A stretch of DNA of 54,367 bases, from NCBI RefSeq assembly GCF_001194135.2, contig NC_068982.1:103003025-103057391 (forward strand), in the 5' to 3' direction. Source of the stretch: Octopus bimaculoides. Its lineage: Eukaryota. The notes beneath the pieces are model-generated. The model ran no database searches. It worked only from the letters and a program-made list of their open reading frames with translations, and had not been told where the DNA came from. The number at the start of each line of letters is the position of its first letter. The stretch's first letter is position 1. The translations under genes and the position numbers were made by a program. This document shows positions 11,335 to 23,599 of the stretch, in pieces.

Positions 11335-11710
11335 TACAATGGCCCAGTGGTTAGGGCAGCGGACTCGCAGTTGTAGGATCGCGGTTTCGACTCCCAGACC
11401 GGGCATTGTGAGTGTTTATTGAGCAAAAGCACCTAAAGCTCCATGAGGTTCTGGCAGGGGATTGTGGCGAACCCTGCTGTACTCTTTTACCACAACTTTC
11501 TCTCACTCTTTCTTCCTGTTTCTGTGTTACCTGTATTTCAAAAGGCCAGCCTTGTCACACTCTGTGTCACACTGAATCTCCCTGAGAACTACGTTAGGGG
11601 TACACGTGTCTATGGAGTGCTCAGCCATTTGCACGTTAATTCCATGAGCAGGCTGTTCCGTTGATCGGATCAACTGGAACCCTTGTCGTTGTAACCAACG
11701 GAGTGCCACC
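11335..11710 (+). mobile_element. tRNA-head SINE (OR-type)
   Basis: TGGCCCAGTGGTTAGG A box and GGTTTCGACTCCC B-box region; closely similar to 51915-52290. Confidence 0.85.
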
Positions 11711-12229
11711 TTTTATGTATGTATGTATGTATGTATGCATCAAAGTACCTATGTATGTTTGTCCATCTGTCAGTCTGTACATCCGTCCATCTATCTTTCC
11801 ATATGTATGTACTTCTATATGTCCATACATACATATGTACACACACAAACACACACACAGACACATACACACACATGTGCATGCATGCTTACATATATAC
11901 ATACATACTTACACACATATGCATGCACACACACACACACATATGCATACATACATACTTTGAAGGGAGGTGCACTTGTAAAGCAAATGATTTGATCTGA
12001 GACGGTGTGTTGAAGCTAAAAAAGATTGCAAAGTGGAAGACACATGTTAGCCATGCAGAAACACACAAAGACTTTTAACTTAACTAAAACTTTTATTATT
12101 TGACATGATTTATGTTAGTGAACGGGTTGCAATTTGTGCATTTGGTACTAAATGTCCTCATTTGATAAACATCCTCATTTGATACTAAATGCAATTATAT
12201 GTATATGGTGAACTTTCCTGTCAAAGATG

Positions 12230-13200
12230 ATATATGAGTGTTCATTGAGAAGACAGAAAATAATCCAACCAAATAGACAACCAACAACACACTTGCAATA
12301 GTATAACTACTATTCACCAATGTTTACAATTCATTCACTTCACCTGGTGACTCTTCATGTAATTCCTCAAGCCACCAAAAGCAATATGGATATGAGCATG
12401 ACTTCTTAAACTAGCATGAGGTCTAAATGAGAATTCACAATGTGGACGATGGTAGTTTGTAGGGAGACAGTTGTTCTAGTGATTTATTTTACTATTTTCC
12501 TGCAAATGCTCTTAATGAAGTACCCTTTGAGTTTCAAAAAATTGAAGCTAGAAAAAGCACTCTCTCCTCCAGTTTGTATGGTTTCTTTCAAGATTCTCAC
12601 AGTTTTCTTTCCTAATGTATCAATGATGTGCTAGACGTCCTCAAGTGTATGAGGAACTAGGGCACAATCATCTGTTATCATCTCTTATTGTTTGAGATGC
12701 AACTTTAGCCCTTGCTTTGAAATGCAGCTGGTTAAGACCCCACCTGTTGTTCAAGAAAGACACCCTCTTTTACATCAGAAAAGGCACAATCCAACACTAC
12801 CACAAAAAATAGTACAAATAATACTGATCCCAAAACACAACGTTGTTTGATGCCATATTTAACATCAAAAGGCTGAGACTGACTACCAATTGAGAGAGCA
12901 GATGCCTTCATATCTTTATGTAGAAACACTATGATATTTAGCATTTGCTTGGGACTCCCAAGCTTTACTAATACTTTCCACAAGCTTGCTGGCATAGTTA
13001 TAGGCTTTTATAAGGTCAAGGTCAACAAATACCACATAGAGGTCTTTACTGTGCTCCCAGGCCTTCTCCTGAACTTGTTGCAAACTGAATATCATATCCA
13101 CTAACCTAAACCTACACTGGTTCTCTGGATAGACAGAACTAACTAAGTTAATACCATTTAAAATGACACCAGTGAGGATTTTTCTCTGCAACAGAGAGCA
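12230..13200 (-). mobile_element. RTE-clade (BovB-like) LINE reverse-transcriptase fragment, frameshifted
   Basis: Peptides LYVVFVDLDLIKAY, LWKVLVKLGSP and FDVKYGIKQRCVLGSVLF (RT GVKQGCVL motif). Confidence 0.8.
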
Positions 13201-13426
13201 TCAATATGCCACAATGATTGTCACATTCATACTTATTACTTTTATACTTATATAGATGTACAATCATTGTGTCTTTTAAATTGTTGAGAGATAGTTCCTA
13301 TTTACTACATTTAGACCATAAGCTCAGTCAATTTATCTATCAAAATATTTCTGCGACATTTAAAAATTTTTCCAGAAATCCTCTCCTATATCTTTTCCAT
13401 TTGTCAATTGTTTCACAGCCACTTTC

Positions 13427-13595
13427 ACATACATCGGTTGTCAAGCGATGGTGGTGGGACAAACACAGATACACAAACATATACATATATACAAGGTTAT
13501 TCAAAAAGAAAGTGCAGTGGGACTGAACCCAGAACCATGTCATTGGTAAGCAAGCTACTCACCACACAGTCACTCCTGCACCTATACACACACAC

Positions 13596-13633
<38 letters not shown>

Positions 13634-13872
13634 NNNNNNNNNNNNNNNNNNNNNNNNNNNNNNNNNNNNNNNNNNNNNNNNNNNNNNNNNNNNNNNNNNN
13701 NNNNNNNNNNNNNNNNNNNNNNAACACAGATACACAAACATATACATATATACAAGGTTATTCAAAAAGAAAGTGCAGTGGGACTGAACCCAGAACCATG
13801 TCATTGGTAAGCAAGCTACTCACCACACAGTCACTCCTGCACCTATACACACACACATATATATATAATATA
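13427..13872 (-). repeat. Internally deleted SINE duplicated on both sides of an N gap
   Basis: 13462-13610 is identical to 13723-13872; probable contig-overlap artefact. Confidence 0.75.
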
Positions 13873-14009
13873 CTTATAAATATTTAAAAGATAAAAAATT
13901 TAAGGATATAAAAAGCTCTTATATATACATGTGAATATATAAAAATAGAGAATTCAAAAATAAATGAAATAAAAATATATAAACAATATATAGATATGGA
14001 TACATATAT

Positions 14010-14186
14010 CAGGTCACTTGTGAGTGCTACTGGTAATATGTAACCCAGCAACCCAGTAAAACTGCTGCATGGTCAGGTCATTGGTAACTAAACTGACAAC
14101 TCCACTGACCTTGCTCGGTGAGTAAGGTGATTGTTGAACATTTTGTGGGACAAAAAATAAAACCCATTAAAGGGTGGAGGAACTCA
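14010..14186. repeat. Probable interspersed repeat between (TA)n tracts, unclassified
   Basis: Compositionally distinct block bounded by TA runs. I recall similar sequence as an octopus repeat; not verified. Confidence 0.3.
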
Positions 14187-14370
14187 TATATATATAAATA
14201 TATATATATAGTTACACACACACACACACAGAACATTACCTGAAAACATGACTCACTGCAAGAGTAGAGTTGTATACTTTTAATAATTGAATTGATATCA
14301 ACTTCAAAGGTTCACCAGTATATATATAACTATAACTATCTCTGCCTATCTAGATGTGTGTGTGTGTGTT

Positions 14371-14449
<79 letters not shown>

Positions 14450-15080
14450 NNNNNNNNNNNNNNNNNNNNNNNNNNNNNNNNNNNNNNNNNNNNNNNNNNN
14501 NNNNNNNNNNNNNNNNNNNNNNNNNNNNNNNNNNNNNNNNNNNNNNNNNNNNNNNNNNNNNNNNNNNNNNNNNNNNNNNNNNNNNNNNNNNNNNNNNNNN
14601 NNNNNNNNNNNNNNNNNNNNNNNNNNNNNNNNNNNNNNNNNNNNNNNNNNNNNNNNNNNNNNNNNNNNNNNNNNNNNNNNNNNNNNNNNNNNNNNNNNNN
14701 NNNNNNNNNNNNNNNNNNNNNNNNNNNNNNNNNNNNNNNNNNNNNNNNNNNNNNNNNNNNNNNNNNNNNNNNNNNNNNNNNNNNNNNNNNNNNNNNNNNN
14801 NNNNNNNNNNNNNNNNNNNNNNNNNNNNNNNNNNNNNNNNNNNNNNNNNNNNNNNNNNNNNNNNNNNNNNNNNNNNNNNNNNNNNNNNNNNNNNNNNNNN
14901 NNNNNNNNNNNNNNNNNNNNNNNNNNNNNNNNNNNNNNNNNNNNNNNNNNNNNNNNNNNNNNNNNNNNNNNNNNNNNNNNNNNNNNNNNNNNNNNNNNNN
15001 NNNNNNNNNNNNNNNNNNNNNNNNNNNNNNNNNNNNNNNNNNNNNNNNNNNNNNNNNNNNNNNNNNNNNNNNNNNNNNNN

Positions 15081-15109
<29 letters not shown>

Positions 15110-15112
<3 letters not shown>

Positions 15113-15335
15113 TGTATGTATATGTTTGTGTGTCTGTGTTTGTTCCACCACCTCACTTGACAACCGATGTTGGTGTGTTTACATTCCCATAACTTAGTGG
15201 TTTGGCAAAAGAGACCAATAGAACAAGTACTAGGCTTACAAAGAATAAGCCCTGGGGTCGATTTGTTTGACTAAAGGCGGTGCTCCAGCATGGCCGCAGT
15301 CAAATGACTGAAACAAATAAAAGAATGAAAGAATA
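15110..15335 (+). mobile_element. 3' half of OK-type SINE
   Basis: Matches 53700-53915. Confidence 0.8.
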
Positions 15336-16388
15336 TACAACCGAAACTGGAATATTCTCACTAATGTCAAGCTTTACACTAGAGACAGGATAACAATTGG
15401 ACTTTGGTTGGTAGAGGCCTCAGAAGACAATATGAAAGATTGTTCCCTGCAATCACAAAAATCATAAAACAAATATTTTAAAAGCTATATTCCTCTCCTG
15501 ACAGAACCCCATTGAACCAAAGTTTCTAGTTTTATATTTTTGTTAGAGAAAGTTTATATTGCTGTTACACCCTCCATTCTTAATATTGTATTACTCTTAT
15601 ATTATTGTGATATTGATATTACACTCGTGTATCATTAACTCTTAGTTTTATGATGAAAATCATCATTACTATTGACTTTCCTACATCTATTGCTATTATT
15701 ATCACCTTTACATCTCCTATCCTAAATTTAGTTTTTCCAATTCCTCTTTTAAAGCTGTTAACCTTTATTGATTTTTTTTCTATAATTTCACCACTTTATC
15801 AATTTATTCAGCAGTTTCACCAATTTATTACTTTATCAAATCACTAATTCACTAAATTAGAAATCCTTTACACCTATTTTACTCTTTTTCCAAAAATACC
15901 ACACATTTACTTTTCCCTGTGACCTACTTGCACTATTTTACTCAATTTGAATATGATCACAGTCTTGACTTCAGAATTGTCCTCCACAACCACTTGCTTG
16001 TAGGACAAACAAATATCAATTTAGAACTATTTCCACCACCTTTAGAATTAGATTTATATTTTAGACTCTAAACTTTATTATTAAAGTTAAGCCCACTAAT
16101 TATTAATTATTTTATTTATTTATTTTTGTAATTGTTTGGCAAGATTTTTGACATGAAATTTTGTGTTTGAAACAGACGTTTTATTTTAGGAAGATCGTTT
16201 TAAAAAATGCCATTAAGAAACATCCCTTTTAACTTTTCTTTCTCTTCCCATTTTCTATTAATTTCTTCCCCTTCCTCCATTACCATCCTTTCTCCATTTT
16301 CTACCTCGTTATTTCTTTCCTTTCTGTTCTTTATTTATGTTGTTTATTTGTTAAAACAGTTATCTCCTCTATCATCACATTTTGAGTA

Positions 16389-16753
16389 TTGGGATCTTTT
16401 TGGTTTGACGGGCAACATTTCTCATTTATGTTTTATGTAGTGTTTTTGGTACCGAAACACTTTCAAACTTCGTATACTTGTATATTTTGTGTTATAGAAC
16501 AGATAAAAATTTTTGTATTCGAAGTTATTTCATGTTAAAAATTGTCTTATTTCGATAAATATTTGAAATTACATTGAAATTGAAATTACAGAAATACGAC
16601 AACTTTAACATGAAATAACTTGCGATGTACAATTTTTTGTTAAGAAGGCTAAGAGAAAAAGTTGTTTTATAAGACACATTCTACCAGTGTCCCAAGTTTG
16701 AAAGTGTTTCGTTAAGAAAACAAGTGTTGCCCGTCAAACCAAAAAGATCCGAG
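16389..16753. mobile_element. 365-bp Tc1/mariner-type MITE with long TIRs and TA TSD
   Basis: 25-bp perfect IR 16393-16417 vs 16725-16749, further internal symmetry (gaaacactttcaaactt / aagtttgaaagtgtttc), TA at 16387-88 and 16754-55. Confidence 0.85.
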
Positions 16754-17009
16754 TATTGTTATTACTACTTATGAAAGAAGATGAGAGTAGCAAGGGTAAA
16801 TTTAATGAAACAGGAGCGTGGAAAAATCAGTGTTGCTAAATGGACCCACATTAGCTATGCAGCTGTAGGTTGCTGATAAAAATTGGGAGAAGACACTGGC
16901 CTTTGGTATGTCAGGGAAATCTTTGGTTGTGTCAAGGAAAACTGTGAATCACCATATGTAGTTGTTTCCTTATTTTAGGAATCTTTTTCATTTCTTACTT
17001 CATTCATCA

Positions 17010-17190
17010 TCATCATCATCTTCATTTAACATCCATTTTCCATGCTGGCATAGGTTGGACAGTTAGACTGAAAAGTGGTAAGCAGGGGAGCTGCACCAGG
17101 CTCCAGTCTGATTTGGCATGGCTTCTACGGCTGGATGCCGTCCTAATGCCAACTATTCCAAGAGTGTAGTGGGTGGTGTTTTTATTATTA
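17010..17190 (-). mobile_element. RTE 3' tail fragment
   Basis: (CAT)n-tttaacatcc...ggatgccgtcctaatgccaac; matches 21990-22160. Confidence 0.75.
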
Positions 17191-17308
17191 TTGTCGATCT
17201 TCTCCTATTACTCAATCTAAATCATCCCATTTATATTTTCCTATGCAGTTTGGCATTGCATAATACTCAATATATTAGACACTTGTTGCTAATAAAAAAA
17301 ACAACAAA

Positions 17309-17309
<1 letters not shown>

Positions 17310-17357
<48 letters not shown>

Positions 17358-17590
17358 CCTTTCTACTGGAGGCACTAGGCCTCAAATTTGTGAGGAGGGG
17401 ACTAGTCGATTACATCAAGCCCAGTGTTTCACTGGTACTTAATTTATTGACCCCAAAAGGATGAAAGGCAAAGTCAACCCCAGCAGAATTTGAACTCAGA
17501 ATGTAGTGGCAGACAAAATATCGGTAATCATTTCACCCAGCATGCTAATGATTCTGCCAACTCACTGCAATAATAATAATAATAATAATA
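17310..17590 (-). mobile_element. (TTA)-family SINE embedded in (TAA)n
   Basis: (TAA)n 17310-17355, SINE 17356-17570, then (TAA)n again. Confidence 0.8.
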
Positions 17591-17669
17591 ATTGCTGCAA
17601 CCACTGCTGCTACTACACATAAAAACAATAATATCAGTAATATCAGTGATGATAATGATAATAATAATG

Positions 17670-18467
17670 AAAGGAAACGGGTGGGGCCACCTTATGGGCT
17701 GATTAATGATACATCTAGAGAAGGTGTCACAATAAAAACACTGGTAATTGCGCAACCTGATAATCGCTACCTCATATGAGTGACAATGAAAAAACAAAAT
17801 ATTGTGAATAACGGTGGTAATGAAACTGAAGCCAATGATGGTGACAGTGTTACACCTGGTAGGCTCAGAGATTCTGGTCTGGCTCCAGCCTGTTGATGTC
17901 CAGAAAGAGACTACCACACACAGCGTAGAGGGAGCAAGCAAATTAATGCTGTGGTCATGGAGTGTTACTACCTGAGCAGCCCAGTAGATGAAACTGATGC
18001 TCGAATTAGGGGTTACCGACAACGTATGTATGATCATTGGAGAGAAAAGGGATTGTTTCAACTCACAGAACAGAGACTATGTGATCAAGCTAGAGCAATA
18101 AGAAAAAATTGTTGGTTCATAGAAGTAGAGCTTGAAGCTATCAAAAGACAGGTCATGGAAAATAGCAGCAGAGATAACAATGAAAATACAGTTCTTATTA
18201 ATAAGAGTAATCCCATAGCACAGGAAAGGAGCAGTGGTAGTTTACTTGATGAGAGACATATAGATGATCTAAAAGAAGACAATAAAACTAATGGCGACAT
18301 GACAGATGAACAAAAGGCAATCTACAACAGAATAAAGGCAAGACTACAGGAGAACGATAGCGACATTATTTGCAACCTTAAAAAGGTTGATCAGTGGAAA
18401 TTGAACCAAGAAACCAAAAATGTCAATGAAATTCTGAAATACATCAGAACAAACAACGTCACAGAGA
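17670..18467 (+). mobile_element. 5' portion of a Dong/R4-clade site-specific non-LTR retrotransposon
   Basis: SKQINAVVMECYYLSSP...GYRQRMYDHWREKG...EQRLCDQARAIRK...EVELEAIKR is the conserved Dong/Rex6 N-terminus. Preceded by TAA-type repeats, the known Dong target. Confidence 0.75.
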
Positions 18468-18571
18468 AAGAAGAAGAAGAAGAAGAAGAAGAAGAAGAAG
18501 AAGAAGAAGAAGAAGAAGAAGAAGAAGAAGAAGAAGAAGAAGAAGAAGAAGAAGAAGAAGAAGAAGAAGAA
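18468..18571 (+). repeat. (GAA)n microsatellite, ~34 units
   Basis: Directly visible; truncates the Dong ORF and produces the poly-E, poly-F and poly-S ORF artefacts. Confidence 0.95.
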
Positions 18572-18885
18572 CGGTTTCCAATTTGGTGGATCAAGATATA
18601 AATGTATGAAGGATAGTATCATAAATTGGCAGACATCAGTAAAATGTTGCATAGAGTTTGTTTTGATTCTCTCCACTCCGAGTTCAAATCCACCTAAGGT
18701 TAATTCTGTTTTTCATCATTCAGGATCATTAAAAGAGTACAAATCAAGGGGAGCATTTGACAAAACTGCAAGAACAGATTGGTTGCAGGACTAAATCTAT
18801 CACATGGTTTCATTCCACCACCTGCCACCTTGCATGCATTTAGCAGAGCCCGCTCCATTGCAAGCCTTTTGGCCAGGTCTCCTTC

Positions 18886-19065
18886 GGCATGGTTGTGTGG
18901 TAAGAAGCTTTCTTCCCAACCACATGGTTCCGGGTTCAGTCCCACTGCATAGCACTCTGGGTAAATGTCTTTGTGAGTGGATTTGGTAGGTGAAAACTGA
19001 AATAATTGTACTGTGTGTGTGGATGGATGGATGGATGGATGGATGGATGGATGGATGGATGGATG

Positions 19066-19107
<42 letters not shown>

Positions 19108-19320
19108 CAGTCAGACGGACGAACGGACGGACGGATGGACAGACGGGGTGGGGTATTTGTTCCTCACAACTGCTTGACAACTGGTGTAGGTTTGCTTACA
19201 TCTCCATAACCTAGCAGTTCAGCTGTAAAGAACGATAGATTAAGTACCATGCTTAAAATGATAAGTACTGAGATCGATTCGTTTGACTAGAAAACCCTTC
19301 AAGGGCGATGCCCCAGTATG
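18886..19320 (+). mobile_element. OK-type SINE with internal (GGAT)n/(AGAT)n expansion
   Basis: tggttgtgtggtaagaagc...ggttcagtcccactgc head; matches 53527. Confidence 0.8.
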
Positions 19321-19349
19321 ATAAGGTAAAAGATAAAAGTATATGTGAA

Positions 19350-19790
19350 GAACTTATTTATGATTTGATGTGCAGAGTTTAATATAGAGAATAAGAGAAA
19401 AAAAATAATTAACTGAAGGGAAGTAACTAGGATGCAATATTAAAGAGAATAGTCACATTGGTGGGAGTCTAGTTTTAAAATTTGGAAATAATTTTAAACT
19501 ATGGAAATATGAATCTAAAGGGAAAGGAAGGAATGGGTATCAGTTTAAGAATTTGATTAGGTATAATCGTTGAGTCTTAATATGGATGATCATGCAGCTG
19601 GTAATAGAAACTAGGTGAATAAAATAATAAGTGGTTAGAATTAATTATAAGTAATTTAAGTTAAATTCTGGTGTAGAGAACTGAAGCTTACTCAAGGAAG
19701 CAGATAGTTGGTCCGCATGGGTGTACACTGGTACTAAGGAGAAGTACTGAGGTAAAAAGAGGGGCATACTAAGTAAATGTATAATAAAGT
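19350..19790 (-). mobile_element. Very degenerate Penelope-like RT C-terminus/linker
   Basis: Fragments TSVH...TNYLL...SFSSLH and FKTRL...LFSLILHPSY resemble PLE TSVYRKPT.T..YL.F.S.HP and FKT.....LF.FKD.IP. Confidence 0.3.
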
Positions 19791-20000
19791 CTCAAGTATG
19801 TAATATGACTTGAAAAGCTTGAATTAACTGAGAGTGTCCTTACAATTATAAGTAAAATTATTCCCTCTAAATTGTGTTTAGAAATCTATAAACAAGCAAG
19901 GGAGATAACTCCAAAAATTTCAACGTCCAAATTTTAGAGGATAAAATAAACAATACATTTAAGAGTGGATTTAATTCTTAAAGCCAACTGTTAACAAGTA

Positions 20001-20043
20001 ATGGACATATTTCTATCTTTTAAGGTTTCATCAGTATATCCAT
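20001..20043 (-). ncRNA. Decayed hammerhead ribozyme remnant
   Basis: Minus: ATGGATATA-CTGATGA-A ACCT TAAA AGAT A-GAAA-TATGTCCAT. Stems I and II are recognisable; stem III and the NUH triplet are missing. Confidence 0.4.
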
Positions 20044-21413
20044 TTTAGTTGGTTAGACTTAGAAGAGATCAAAGTATACAAAATAGAAGAGAAATAGTGA
20101 TGCTGATAATGAATATCAATATAAGGAAAATACTATGTTATCTACCCACAATGAGAATATGTTTTCTGCAAACTTTCAGCTTTCTCTGTCAAGTTAATAT
20201 ATTTTGTACGCAATCATAAACTAATAAGGAAGAAGACTTAAACACTGTGATTCGAAATGCTTTGTACAGCATCATGCTTCAATGTTGGGAGGTGAAGTCT
20301 GTTCACAGCAACCCACATAACAATTTTAATATTCTAGTGTTTGGACACTGTATACACGATGTGAAAATTTCTTTTCCAATACTAAACCAGTTAATATGAA
20401 GTTTTCTATCCATAACAATATCATATTTTGACTCAATACTTTTCCATAGTAGCCCCCATTAAAATGCAATTGAAAATTTTACTGGATATGAGTAAACAAG
20501 TCAACACTTAAAAAATATCCTGATCACAATAAGTATGATGTCACATATTCCATTCTTCATAACTATTGAAATGATGTCATATATATGCTCAACACAAATG
20601 AATATCTCTGTTAGTCAAATTATCTCCACTTTAAAAACCATCAGGTTAATTCTCCAAAGGACCGTCTATGTGTGTTTGTGTGTATTTAGAGTAGTTAAAA
20701 CTGCAATTTTTAAGCCTTTCAATGTAGAAATATGACCAATGAGAATCCATCTTTTTATTCTCATCATACACAGAAAAACAAAGGAGATTTTTCTAATGTG
20801 TTTCAGTTTGTTGACCACTAATCAAAGGACAAGTAACTCTTCATCTCTTTGCTCATATGAAGAATATATAGCACATAACTATTTAAATCAAACACAAACT
20901 AGAACTTAAATGTAATGGTTAAATTAATTTGTATGCTAAGCTTGAATAAATAATTCAGAAATATTTATGCTCCAGACAGCTTTTATTACAAAATCTATGA
21001 ATGTGGAGAATAACGTGTATTCACATACATTTAAAGTTATACAGAGTTAAGTATAAAAACTGTAGTTTAACTACTTTAAATCTTATTAGCGTTTTTAATA
21101 TACACCATGTTGTATATATATATAATGTACTGTTCCATGGTAGTAAGATCAACAAAAATAGTACTCCATCTGGTGAGAGATAAGTATTATTTAATAGACA
21201 TAATATGTGTTTTTATGCTACTATTAGTGTCTTGTGCTGAGAATATGCTAAATAATGAATTATAACATCTCTGCAGTCACTAGGCACAAACCACATAGCA
21301 TAACAAACTAAAATATATCTATTTATATATACACACACATACATACATCATGCATGTGTGCACACACACATACACACACACAAATACATATTCAGTAATA
21401 AATTAAAAGCATT

Positions 21414-21960
21414 ACTAGTGTGTTGTAAACATTATCAACCATACATACTCAATATATGTGTTTTGTTTGTTTGCCAGTTCCATGCAGTAAAGCACCTCAA
21501 GGATGACTCTCTCATTGCACTGGATGTTAAAACACCTGAATGTTATAGACAGACAAGACAACTTGCTCCAGATCCCATTCAAGATTGATGGATACTGATA
21601 TTTTACCATTTTTATGGGTTATCAACATCACATACCTGAATCAAACTAGGGATAAACTGAATCACCAGTCTATGACTATATGTATATCATGTAAAAACTA
21701 TTTGCTAGTATGCCACAATGATACATACATAAGATTAAATTTAGTAACAAACTATAAGCAGCGCTAGTGTTGTAAACATTATTGACCACACATTTGTTTT
21801 TCACTTGTTTGCCATAATAAAGCACCTGAAGGACAACTCGCTCATTGCACTGGGTGTCAAAACACCTGCAAGTCACAGTCAGGTGAGACAACTTGCTCCA
21901 GATTCCATTCAGGAGTGATGGATACCAATATTTTGAGACGGTGAACAAACAAAACACACA
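21414..21960. repeat. Diverged direct repeat (~190-bp copies at 21414-21606 and 21763-21936)
   Basis: Core 21490-21606 vs 21820-21936 aligns without gaps, 21 mismatches in 117 nt (hand count). Confidence 0.85.
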
Positions 21961-21989
21961 CATTGTGTATGTCAATAAAGTTTATATCA

Positions 21990-23255
21990 GCATCATCATT
22001 ATCATCATCATCTTTTAACTCTGCTTTCCATACTGGCATGAGTTGGACGGTTTGACTGAGGGCCAGTGAGTCAGAAGGCTGCACCAGTCTCCAATTTGAT
22101 CTGGCAAAGTTTCTACAGCTGGATGCCCTTCCTAACGCCAACCACTCCGAGAGTGTAGTGGGTGCCACCAGCACGAGGGCCAGTCAGGCAGTACTGGCAA
22201 CGACCACACTCAAATGGTGCTTTTTTTACATGCCACCAGCATGGGAGCCAGTCAGCAGCCCTGGCAATGATCACGCTCGAATGGTGCTTCTAACATTCCA
22301 CTGACATGGGTGCCAATCAGGCGGTACTGTCATCAGCCACGACAGCAATTTCACTTGCCTCAACAGATCTTCACAAGCATACTTTATTGTCCAATGATTG
22401 AAGGGTACTCTTAAATTGGCTGGTTATACAGCACTGGCATAGGCACAGTTATAGTCTCACTTGGCTTGCCGGGTCTTCTCAAGCACAAAATATCTCCAAA
22501 GGTCTCAGTCACTAGACATTGCCTCAGTGAGGCCCAATGTTCGAAGATCATGCTTCACCACCTCATCCCAGGTCTTCCTGGGTCTACCTCTTCCAGAGGT
22601 TCCCTCAACTGCTAGGGTGTGACACTTTTGCACACAGTTGTCCTCATCCATTCGCAACACATGACCATACCAGTGCAGTCGTCTCTCTTGCACACCACAT
22701 CTGATGCTTCTTATATCCAACTTTTCTCTCAGGGCACTCACAATCTGTCGTGTATGCAAACTGACATTACACATCCAGCGGAGCATACTGGTTTCATTCC
22801 TTGCAAGCTTACGCATGTCCTCAGCAGTCATGGCCCATGTTTCACTGCCATGTAGCATAGCTGTTCGTATACATGCGTCATACAGTCTACTTTTCACTCT
22901 GAGCGAGAGGCCCTTTGTCACCAGTAGAGGTAGGAGCTCTCTGAACTTTGCCCAGGCTATTCTTATTCTAGCAGCGACACTTTCAGAGCATCCACCCCTG
23001 CTACTGACTTAGTCCCCTAGGTAACGGAAGCTATCAAATACTTCTAGTTTTCCCCCTGAAATGTGATGGAAGCTGTTCTCTGCACGTTTTCAGTGTCTAT
23101 TGCTCCTGAGCATTTGCCACACACAAAAGCTATCTTCTCAGTTAGCCTTCCTTTGATATTGCTGTACCTCTTATGTGTCCATAGCTTACACTGGGTACAT
23201 CTTATGGAGTTTCTGCCTATGCCTTTTCTACAGAAGGGAGTCGTTTATGGGGCTG
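21990..23255 (-). mobile_element. 5'-truncated RTE-clade LINE with long 3' UTR and (CAT)n tail
   Basis: ORF 22505-22921 (VKSRLYDACIRTAMLHGSETW...ERRLHWYGHVLRM...GRGRPRKTW) is the RTE ORF2 C-terminus. UTR 21990-22500. Confidence 0.92.
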
Positions 23256-23259
23256 AGGT

Positions 23260-23560
23260 GGTATCTGACCCTAATAGCAGCACCAACTTTTCTAGCAACT
23301 ACTAGAGTAGCAGGAATGGTGGTATTAATAGCAATGGTTGCAACTTGCAGCAGCACCATTGCTAATGATAATGCTAATAATGATAACAATAACAACAACA
23401 GCCACTAATAACAGCTCTGACAGCAATGTCTATGGCTATAGTAGCACCAACAGAGACACTAAAAACGACAACAACAGCAGAAGTAGCAGCGTTGACATCA
23501 ACAGAAGCAGCAGCATTCAAATTTACATTGAATGTTCCAGTAACAGCAGCACTTCTCGAA
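23260..23560. repeat. Degenerate (AAC/AGC/AAT)n low-complexity tract
   Basis: Trinucleotide periodicity; ORFs on both strands are low complexity. Confidence 0.8.
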
Positions 23561-23599
23561 CCACAGATCCTCATTTAGGATCCCAGAGAGATATGCCAT

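Noticed and set aside
13462-13872. Identical 150-bp direct repeat
   Set aside because: It flanks an N gap exactly, most likely unmerged contig overlap.
5489-15197. Long ORF-track entries rich in X, YI, CV or HT
   Set aside because: They run through N gaps and dinucleotide repeats; not coding evidence. The same applies at 27628-28108.
17310-17690. Dong as the mobilising partner of the (TTA)-tailed SINE
   Set aside because: By its A/B boxes the SINE sense tail is (TTA)n, whereas the Dong sense strand lies in (TAA)n. Orientations disagree and no shared 3' end is visible.
17670-17800. HDV-like ribozyme in the Dong 5' UTR
   Set aside because: Possible P1 (GGGTG/TACCT) and P3 (GCG/CGC), but L3 is too long and there is no P1.1 GG; cannot be supported by eye.
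18468-18601. Poly-Glu C-terminus of ORF 17951-18601 (acidic protein)
   Set aside because: Translation of a (GAA)n microsatellite abutting a broken Dong ORF.
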